The notes below the pieces were generated by a model. The model was not told the DNA's origin, searched no databases, and worked only from the letters and a program-made list of their open reading frames with translations. Source: a virus (Duplodnaviria > Caudoviricetes). From it: DNA of 39,425 nt. Made by a program: the position numbers and the translations under genes. The DNA is taken from the IMG/VR virus record IMGVR_UViG_3300016665_000074, positions 1-39,425 of that record. One strand, given 5' to 3'. Below are positions 16,203 to 23,147 of the stretch, piece by piece. Every line of letters starts with the position of its first letter. The first letter of the stretch is position 1.

Positions 16203-16529
16203 TTAGTTGTTCTCTTTGATTCGTTCGATTGCTTGGCGGGCGATTATGTCGAATGGATAAGTGCCCCAACCCTGCAACATTTGAGCCACATAAAGCCCCG
16301 CCACGTCGCTGATTTCTTCAGTTACTAGGTCTTTAATCTGCTCGGTTAGTGTCTCCCACTCGTCGCGCAACTGGTCACCTAGAACCGCTACGGGTGTCTC
16401 TGATTGCATTGCTTCCCTTGCGCTGTCCATTAGTCGCTCGGTTAGCTCTGACTCGTTATCGGTTACCAATAACCACTCCTCGGCGAAATGGTGGGCGATT
16501 GTGTCGCGTGTTGTTTCTGTTGTGCTCAC
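16203..16529 (-). CDS. Acidic hypothetical protein
   Basis: AAGACAGGAGAA RBS then GTG start. Confidence 0.8.
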   Translation of the reverse strand: MSTTETTRDTIAHHFAEEWLLVTDNESELTERLMDSAREAMQSETPVAVLGDQLRDEWETLTEQIKDLVTEEISDVAGLYVAQMLQGWGTYPFDIIARQAIERIKENN

Positions 16530-16579
16530 TTGCTTTTCTCCTGTCTTCGCTAGACCCTGCGCCTAGCTAGTGCCCTAAT

Positions 16580-16635
16580 AGAGTCTCGAACTCTGCGCCC
16601 TCTGTCAAGGGTTTAGGGCTGTGAGTTGCCTCACA
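16580..16635 (-). promoter_or_regulatory. Second early promoter with perfect CRP/GlxR box
   Basis: TTGACA at 16608-16603, weak -10 (GACTCT, 17-nt spacer); TGTGA-GTTGCC-TCACA at 16620-16635. Confidence 0.7.
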
Positions 16636-16643
16636 TTTATGCC

Positions 16644-16805
16644 TTAAGACTTCTTTTTTCTAACTCCTATGAGTTGCATTGTTGCGTCCTTGTCTATTGC
16701 TTGAATCTCTTTCAAGAAATCTAACGCCTCGCGTGACGAGTTGAAAGTATCCACCATAAGAACCTTGTTCTTTTTGCCGTTCCAGATTGCGATTTCCATT
16801 TCCAT
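16644..16805 (-). CDS. 53-aa hypothetical protein (absent from ORF track)
   Basis: MEMEIAIWNGKKNKVLMVDTFNSSREALDF...; 15-mer start element. Confidence 0.75.
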   Translation of the reverse strand: MEMEIAIWNGKKNKVLMVDTFNSSREALDFLKEIQAIDKDATMQLIGVRKKKS

Positions 16806-16840
16806 TGTTTGCTTTCTCCTGTCTTAAGTCTGAATTGCTT

Positions 16841-16890
16841 GAGCTCATCAGTAGGGGCACTACCCCTAGACCCCTTGCGGGGTTTCGCTC
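16841..16890 (-). ncRNA. Hammerhead ribozyme, type II
   Basis: GAGC-GAAA-CCCC(GCAA)GGGG-UC-UAGGGG(UAGUG)CCCCUA-CUGAUGA-GCUC: complete core, three stems, GUC cleavage triplet. Confidence 0.93.
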
Positions 16891-17516
16891 TACGCTGTAG
16901 CTATAAAGTGGGTCTCACAATTTGAGCAGATTGGGGCGCATAGTTCTAGAGTCTTAAGACTTAAGCGGATTTTCTCACCGCAACGACATTGCGCCACTTT
17001 TAGATTCTTATTGCGTCCTTTAGTCTTTCCTGCGCTCTCGCTGTCTGCCATTAGTGCTAGAGCATTCTCGATTAGAGTTAGAGCGTCAGCCCAGCGGGCT
17101 GCGCACTCGTCGGATACCTCGGTAACGCTCCACCCAATCCCCTGCGCATTGGTAATCGTTAGGCCTAGAGCCTCGGCGGTGGCCTTAAATTTCTTATTGT
17201 GGTATCCGTCCCCTGTCACGCCTTGAATGCCTGCCTGTAGGTCTAGAGAGTGGGCTACCTCGTGAAGAAGAGTTCCCAATACCGCCCGAGCTCCTCGCTC
17301 GAAATAGTTAGCGGAAATCATAATCTCGTGGAAAGATTCTTCGCCCGCTTTCCATAATTTTGCGTGAGTAAAGTGTCCCATTGTGCGCCCTGTCTTACGG
17401 GTCACTAGGATAGTGGCGCGGGGGGCTCCTGTCTTTTCTCTAATAATCTCGTGAGCTCCCTCTAGGGCTGAAACAATCCCCGAGAGGTTCTCGGTTTTGG
17501 TAAGTGTTGCGGTCAT
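16890..17516 (-). CDS. SprT-like Zn metalloprotease with C-terminal Zn ribbon
   Basis: TLLHEVAH (HExxH), YHNKKF, CRC..CSNC; first gene of the early operon. Confidence 0.85.
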   Translation of the reverse strand: MTATLTKTENLSGIVSALEGAHEIIREKTGAPRATILVTRKTGRTMGHFTHAKLWKAGEESFHEIMISANYFERGARAVLGTLLHEVAHSLDLQAGIQGVTGDGYHNKKFKATAEALGLTITNAQGIGWSVTEVSDECAARWADALTLIENALALMADSESAGKTKGRNKNLKVAQCRCGEKIRLSLKTLELCAPICSNCETHFIATA

Positions 17517-17558
17517 TGCTTGAGTCTCCTGTCTCGAGGTATTTCCTCGAATGGCTAA

Positions 17559-17588
17559 ACCTTACGCCCTAAGGCGTGAGCCTGTCAA
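17559..17588 (-). promoter_or_regulatory. First early SigA-type promoter
   Basis: TTGACA (17588-17583)-N18-TAAGGT (17564-17559); 5' hairpin TCGAGG/CCTCGA just downstream. Confidence 0.75.
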
Positions 17589-17609
17589 GTATTTAGCCCC
17601 TTGAATTTT

Positions 17610-17625
17610 AGTGAATTGCGTCACA
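17610..17625. promoter_or_regulatory. CRP/GlxR-type site
   Basis: AGTGA-ATTGCG-TCACA, 9/10 match to TGTGA-N6-TCACA. Confidence 0.7.
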
Positions 17626-17632
17626 CAATTAC

Positions 17633-17648
17633 CCGAACAGATGTTCGA
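17633..17648. promoter_or_regulatory. LexA SOS box (Gram-positive/actinobacterial type)
   Basis: cCGAAC-AGAT-GTTCGa, perfect CGAAC-N4-GTTCG. Confidence 0.85.
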
Positions 17649-17652
17649 TAGA

Positions 17653-17679
17653 AAACTCTCAACTCTAGGTTTAGGGTTT
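17653..17679. promoter_or_regulatory. Imperfect palindrome resembling a MerR-family operator
   Basis: AAACTCTCAAC-TCTAG-GTTTAGGGTTT (9/11 symmetric). Confidence 0.4.
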
Positions 17680-17685
17680 AATAAG

Positions 17686-17703
17686 TTGTTGAAAGTTCAA
17701 CTA
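17686..17703. promoter_or_regulatory. MarR-family (RosR-like) operator
   Basis: TTGTTGA-AAGT-TCAACTA matches the arms of the Corynebacterium RosR consensus TTGTTGA-N4-TCAACWA. Confidence 0.55.
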
Positions 17704-18085
17704 ATCTAATCCTTGAATCTGATTTTTAGGGGGCTCTCTATTTCTGATTTATAGCCCGCGATAAGGAGCGGGGGGATAGTAAGCCCCCCCTGCATTCCCC
17801 CCAATGTTTATTTATATAACCCAATAGGTCAGATTATTATCAGATATCCCTAGAGAATAGCTCCCTAATGGAGCGAATAGGTAGGAGATAGATACCGCCT
17901 ACCCCTAGGGGGTGGCTTGTGTCTTAAGTAGTCAGCTCATATCGTATGAGCCTAGGCTTATTAAACTGCTAGGCAGGAGGCGCGATAGTCTCACCCTAAA
18001 ATTTTCTGTTATATTCGCGCCTCTAATATAGGACAAAATAGGACATATATACCGCCCAAAGGGCGAATAAAAAATATTTCCTGAA

Positions 18086-18218
18086 AACCTGTTCGGTTTT
18101 CCGATTTGAACAGGTTATCTTATATGTATAGATATTTATATATCTATACGGAGCGTCGCTCCGCCTCTTGCGGGCTACGCGACTATATATAATATATATA
18201 ATTATATATAATATATAT
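18086..18218. repeat. Cluster of inverted repeats and AT-alternating palindromes upstream of terminase
   Basis: AACCTGTTC/GAACAGGTT; GTATAGATAT/ATATCTATAC; CGGAGC-GTC-GCTCCG; near-perfect 32-bp AT palindrome. Confidence 0.8.
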
Positions 18219-18283
18219 CAGGGTGGGTGTATTCTGACCGTTTAACGGTAGCCGTTTATATTAAGTTTTTATCGGGGGATTAA

Positions 18284-20149
18284 ATGGGACGTAGACCTGG
18301 GAAAGTCGATATCCCAAAGGGCGAGGCTATGGAGCGGGTGCTCCACCAACTGAGCCAAGGTAGCACTATCAAGGCCGCTATGGAGTCGGTAAACCGCAAT
18401 GAGGTTACCTTCCGACAATGGACTATGGCTGACGCCGACTTTAAGGCTAGAGCTGACAAAGCTCGCCTAGAGGGCAAAGGGGTCAAAGCTGACCTAGCTA
18501 ACCTGAAGGATATCTCCTTTGAGGAGTTCTCAGCTGAGTTCCTAGACACCAAACTTTTTCCTCATCAGCTCGACTGGATTGACCTGATTGAGGGTCGTGA
18601 GCCAAGATGGCTACATCCCTCTATGACCTACGAACCAGGGGCGCATAACCGAGTACTGATTAACGTACCCCCTGAACACGCCAAGTCAACGGTACTGACC
18701 ATCAACTACGTCACCTACCGAATCGCTACCAACCCAAACATTAGAATTATCCTAGTCTCCAAGACTCAGGGTATGGCTCGTAAATTCCTTTCAGCCATCA
18801 AGACCAGATTAAGCCATCCGTCCTGGATTAAGCTCCAGACCGCTTTCGGTCCTAATGGTGGATATAAAGCGGACTCGCCTACGTGGTCCGCTGATATGAT
18901 TTATCTAGGCTCAGGTCGAGATTCTGGTGAGAAAGACCCTACGGTTCAAGCCTTGGGTTTTGGTTCCCAGATTTACGGTGCTCGTGCCGACCTGATTATT
19001 CTAGACGATGTCGTGATGAACTCCAATGCCCACGAGTGGGAGAAGCAAATTGAATGGCTTCAGAAAGAAGTAATCACGCGTTTAGGACGGCACGGGAAAC
19101 TACTTATCGTAGGGACCCGTGTTGCTCCTGTCGACTTATACAAACAGATACGGGACGGCTCTAACTGGACTGGTGGTAAATCGCCTTTCACTTATTGTGC
19201 AATGCCAGCGGTCCTCGAGTTTGATGAGAAGCCAGCCAACTGGAAAACACTATGGCCGCAAACTGACCGCCCTGAGGGCGAGAATGATGAACCTGATGAG
19301 CAAGGACTATATCCAAAATGGGACGGAGGCGCTCTCTTCACTAGAAGAAGCGAAGTCGCCCCTTCTGTATGGGCTATGGTCTATCAGCAAGAAGACGTCG
19401 TCGAAGACGCTATCTTTGCGCCAGCAGCAGTTGCAGGATGTGTCAACGGTATGCGAAAGCGCGGACCGCTTAAACCAGGTACTGCAGGTCATCCAAAACA
19501 AATCGAGGGCTATACCATTATAGGTCTTGACCCTGCTATGACGGGTAATACCGCAGCAGTGGTCGCAACATACAACAAGGTTGATTCGATGATTTATATC
19601 CTTGATTGTGTGAATATGACAGACCCAACACCAATGAAGATTCGTAACCTGATTGAAGATTGGGTACAAAAGTACAGACCACAAGAACTAAGAATCGAAA
19701 TCAATGCGCACCAAAAAGCATATGCACTCGACGACGACCTACGTAACTGGTTGTCAATGTACGGCTGCCAACTCAACTCTCACTTTACTGGTAAAAATAA
19801 GTGGGACACTAACTTTGGTGTGGCTTCTATGGCAGGTCTTTTTGGCAGTCTTAGAGATGGAAGATTCCAGGATAACAATTTAATAGAACTACCAAGCAAC
19901 GAAGGTAGCGAAGGTCTTAAGGCATTAGTTCAACAACTAATTACCTGGAAGCCTGACACTAGAAACGCTACCGACTGTGTGATGGCTTTATGGTTCGCTG
20001 TCATTCGTATCAGAGAAATGATGCAAAGCGGTTCTCAACAACAGCGTTGGGTACAAAACCGTTGGGCAACCAAGGCACAGACATATCGCAGAACAACAAT
20101 TAATCTAGATGAAGCCTTTGCTGAGCAATGGCAAGATATATACGGATAG
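18284..20149 (+). CDS. terL: Terminase large subunit with N-terminal HTH extension
   Basis: PHQ, NVPPEHAKST Walker A, LIILDD Walker B, VGTR, GLDPA nuclease, DCVMA. Confidence 0.92.
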   Translation: MGRRPGKVDIPKGEAMERVLHQLSQGSTIKAAMESVNRNEVTFRQWTMADADFKARADKARLEGKGVKADLANLKDISFEEFSAEFLDTKLFPHQLDWIDLIEGREPRWLHPSMTYEPGAHNRVLINVPPEHAKSTVLTINYVTYRIATNPNIRIILVSKTQGMARKFLSAIKTRLSHPSWIKLQTAFGPNGGYKADSPTWSADMIYLGSGRDSGEKDPTVQALGFGSQIYGARADLIILDDVVMNSNAHEWEKQIEWLQKEVITRLGRHGKLLIVGTRVAPVDLYKQIRDGSNWTGGKSPFTYCAMPAVLEFDEKPANWKTLWPQTDRPEGENDEPDEQGLYPKWDGGALFTRRSEVAPSVWAMVYQQEDVVEDAIFAPAAVAGCVNGMRKRGPLKPGTAGHPKQIEGYTIIGLDPAMTGNTAAVVATYNKVDSMIYILDCVNMTDPTPMKIRNLIEDWVQKYRPQELRIEINAHQKAYALDDDLRNWLSMYGCQLNSHFTGKNKWDTNFGVASMAGLFGSLRDGRFQDNNLIELPSNEGSEGLKALVQQLITWKPDTRNATDCVMALWFAVIRIREMMQSGSQQQRWVQNRWATKAQTYRRTTINLDEAFAEQWQDIYG

Positions 20150-20156
20150 GAAGTAA

Positions 20157-21920
20157 ATGGCACTTTCAATAGACCAAGTAGCTGCGCGAGTTGAATCGCT
20201 GCGCTATCGTGCAACTGAGCGCGATGCCCGCAACCTTGACGTACTTGCTGTTCGTAAAGGACAAATCTCCAGCGTATATCCTGAATTCTTTCCAGAGGGC
20301 GTAGACCAGAATGTCGTTGCAAACTTTGTTGATATTGTGGCTCGAGACCTCTCAGAGGTTATGGCGCCACTACCAGCTGTCAACTGCAACGCAGCGAATT
20401 CGGTTTCTGATAGGGCTCGTAAGTTTGCTGATACACGTACTCGCATTGCCTCTAACTATTTTGCTCATTCAGATTTGGGCGTACAAATGTACCAAGGAGC
20501 GGACTGGTACTTAACTTATGGATTCCTCCCATTCATTATTGAACTGGACGAGGAAGCAAAACTGCCACGTATTCGCCTAGAAAACCCAATAGGTGCTTAC
20601 CCTGAGTTTGACCGCTACGGACGATGCGTTGCTTTTGCAAAACGATATATGATGACATTGGGCGAACTCGTTTCCTTGTTCCCTGAATTTGAGTATGAGC
20701 TTCTCGGCAAGCTTCGCTACGAGCAAGACTTGACTCAACAGGTTGAAATGATTCGCTATTATGACAAAGACCAGTCAATAGTTTACTTGCCACACAAAGA
20801 GAACCTTGTACTTTCAAAGGCTGCAAATCCTCTAGGCAAGATGATGATTGTTGTTGCACGTAAACCATCTGTTGATGGTGAGATGCGTGGTCAATTCGAT
20901 GACATCATTGGTATTCAGTTGCTACGCAACCGCTTCGCGTTGCTCGCTATGGAAGCTGCAGAAAAATCTGTACAGTCTCCAATCGTTCTACCTACAGATG
21001 TACAAGAACTTATGCTCGGTGGAGATGCTGTTATCCGCACAAACAACCCAGGTGGAGTACGTCGCGTAGAACTTCCAATTCCAGCGGGCGCATTTACCGA
21101 GCAGACATTGCTCAATCAAGAAATGCGTGTTGGCGCTCGTTATCCTGAGGGACGTACAGGAAACATTGACGCATCAATCGTCACAGGTCAAGGTGTTCAG
21201 GCGCTTATGGGTGCCTTCGATACACAGGTCAAGTCCGCTCAAGCAATCTTTGCGAGCGCACTACGTGATGTAATTCAGATTTGCTTTATGGTTGACGAAC
21301 AACTTTTCCCTAAAGAAAAGACTATTCGTGGCGTTGACGCAGGTAGCCCATATGAAATTACCTATAATCCTCGTAAGGATATCAAGGGTGACTACTCTGC
21401 AGATGTTCGTTATGGAATGCTCGCTGGTCTAAATCCAGCACAAGGTCTTATCTTTATGTTACAGGCACTTGGCGGTGGACTCATTTCCAAAGACTTGGCA
21501 ATGCGCGAGCTTCCCTTCACCGTCAACGTCACACAAGAATTAGAAAAAATTGAAGTTGAGAATATGCGTACTGCATTACTTGGTTCGCTAACTCAATATA
21601 CACAAGCTATTCCAGCAATGGCTACACAGGGTGGCAATGCTGCTGAAGTAGTACAAAAGATTGCTGCAGTTATCAAGGCTCGCCAAAAGGGACAGGCACT
21701 TGAGGATGCGATTGAAGAAGTATTCGCTCCTGCAGAACAGGTTCCTCCTGCTGGCGCCGAAATGGTTGAGCAACCGTCCCCTGCTCCCGAAGCGTTAGCA
21801 GGAGGCGCTATGTCACCTGGTGAACAACAAGGTGGGGCGCCAGACATTATGAGCTTGCTTTCGGGTTTAACTGGAAGCGGAGAACCAACAGCCAGCGTAA
21901 GAACCGTTCGACGAAGATAA
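20157..21920 (+). CDS. Portal (head-tail connector) protein
   Basis: 587 aa directly after terL; helical; low-complexity P/A/G/Q tail as in podoviral portals. Confidence 0.8.
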   Translation: MALSIDQVAARVESLRYRATERDARNLDVLAVRKGQISSVYPEFFPEGVDQNVVANFVDIVARDLSEVMAPLPAVNCNAANSVSDRARKFADTRTRIASNYFAHSDLGVQMYQGADWYLTYGFLPFIIELDEEAKLPRIRLENPIGAYPEFDRYGRCVAFAKRYMMTLGELVSLFPEFEYELLGKLRYEQDLTQQVEMIRYYDKDQSIVYLPHKENLVLSKAANPLGKMMIVVARKPSVDGEMRGQFDDIIGIQLLRNRFALLAMEAAEKSVQSPIVLPTDVQELMLGGDAVIRTNNPGGVRRVELPIPAGAFTEQTLLNQEMRVGARYPEGRTGNIDASIVTGQGVQALMGAFDTQVKSAQAIFASALRDVIQICFMVDEQLFPKEKTIRGVDAGSPYEITYNPRKDIKGDYSADVRYGMLAGLNPAQGLIFMLQALGGGLISKDLAMRELPFTVNVTQELEKIEVENMRTALLGSLTQYTQAIPAMATQGGNAAEVVQKIAAVIKARQKGQALEDAIEEVFAPAEQVPPAGAEMVEQPSPAPEALAGGAMSPGEQQGGAPDIMSLLSGLTGSGEPTASVRTVRRR

Positions 21921-21934
21921 TCTAGGAGGGGACA

Positions 21935-22471
21935 TTGACAACGATTATTGGAATCGAATATGAAGACCGTGCAGTTATCGTTGCCGATTCTCGGGTAACA
22001 GATGACTCAGGTCGTATCTATGCTCACAAAGTAATGAAGAAAATTTCTAAGCGAGGTTCGATACTAATCGCAGGAGCAGGAGAAGTAGCTCCTTGTGATA
22101 TCGCTCAGAACATTTGGGTACCACCAGCATTTACAGCGAAAGACAAGAAAGATGTCTATCGCTTTATGATTACCAAAGTAATGCCATCACTTCGCAAATG
22201 TTTGGTTGAAAATGGTTACAACTTTGATGAAGATAAGAAAGACGGAATGCGATTCCAGTTTCTTATTTCAGTCGGTGGACAAATGTTTGATGTAGCTGAA
22301 GACTTATCAGTTATGAAAAGTGATGACAATATGTACGCCATAGGTAGTGGTGGAGCATTCGCATTGGGCGCACTTTATGCAGGAGCAACTCCACATCAAG
22401 CTATGGATATTGCTTGTAGAGTTAGTGCTTATTCAGCACCTCCGTTTTACGAAGAAGTGCAATACAAGTGA
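21935..22471 (+). CDS. Ntn-hydrolase protease (HslV / proteasome beta-like)
   Basis: N-terminal (M)TTIIG, ADS, KK, AGAG, AIGSGG motifs; TTG start with GGAGGGG RBS. Confidence 0.85.
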   Translation: MTTIIGIEYEDRAVIVADSRVTDDSGRIYAHKVMKKISKRGSILIAGAGEVAPCDIAQNIWVPPAFTAKDKKDVYRFMITKVMPSLRKCLVENGYNFDEDKKDGMRFQFLISVGGQMFDVAEDLSVMKSDDNMYAIGSGGAFALGALYAGATPHQAMDIACRVSAYSAPPFYEEVQYK

Positions 22472-22695
22472 GTAAGTTCAACGATGCAATCGAAAAGGCA
22501 ATGAGAATTCTTGCCGAAGAATTAGAAGATTCAGAGAGCCAAATCTGTACAGGTTGGGTTCTTGTTAGTGAGTGGTCAGATTATGAGGGCACTCGATATT
22601 TAATGACAGACGTCAGCGATAATATGAATCCTTGGCTTGCCAAAGGAATGCTACTTAGCGCTGAAGAATATTCATACACACCAGAGGAGAAATAA
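22468..22695 (+). CDS. Hypothetical protein
   Basis: GTGA coupling; acidic, 75 aa. Confidence 0.7.
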   Translation: MSKFNDAIEKAMRILAEELEDSESQICTGWVLVSEWSDYEGTRYLMTDVSDNMNPWLAKGMLLSAEEYSYTPEEK

Positions 22696-23147
22696 TGGCT
22701 AGAGGTGGAATGCGACCAACAGCACCACAGAACAATCCTGCCAACGTATCAGCCACTGGTGGCAATGGTCAATCAGGACGTCAAGCTGCCAAGTACTATT
22801 CAGGTGGTACTTATGGACAAGGACAAGAAATGATGGCACAGCAACAAGGTGCACCGATGGCTAAAGCACCATCACCAACTGCACCAGCACCAAGAATGAG
22901 CAACCTTCCGCCAGTGACCCCGCTAACGGCTCCTACGATGAATCCTAATGAGCCAGTTACAACGGGTATACCTGTGGGACCAGGAGCAGGACCAGAAGCA
23001 CTTACGCTTCCAAAAAACGAAGATACCGACATTGACCGTCAAAGGTTGTTAAGTTATCTTCCAGCGCTAGAAAACGCAGCGCTTAGTCCCAACTCCTCAC
23101 AGGCATTCCGTAATTACGTGAGAGTGTTGAGGACTAGCCTACTGTGA
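22695..23147 (+). CDS. Pro/Gly-rich putative virion protein
   Basis: GAGGAG RBS; RGGMRPTAPQNNP..PNEPVTTG..GPGAG. Confidence 0.7.
   Translation: MARGGMRPTAPQNNPANVSATGGNGQSGRQAAKYYSGGTYGQGQEMMAQQQGAPMAKAPSPTAPAPRMSNLPPVTPLTAPTMNPNEPVTTGIPVGPGAGPEALTLPKNEDTDIDRQRLLSYLPALENAALSPNSSQAFRNYVRVLRTSLL

Noticed and set aside
14325-16830. Repeated 15-mers as a CRISPR-like array or attC cassette system
   Set aside because: Spacing is irregular and gene-sized, repeats are short and contain the SD, and there is no cas1/cas2 or integrase; the Cas4-like gene is a typical stand-alone phage exonuclease
16660-16860. 66-aa ORF from the track spanning the ribozyme
   Set aside because: The frame starting at 16805 has the conserved start element; the track ORF begins inside the hammerhead with no RBS
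17700-18080. tRNA or tmRNA in the control region
   Set aside because: No cloverleaf with T-loop GTTCRA and an acceptor stem; the GTTCGA at 17643 belongs to the SOS box
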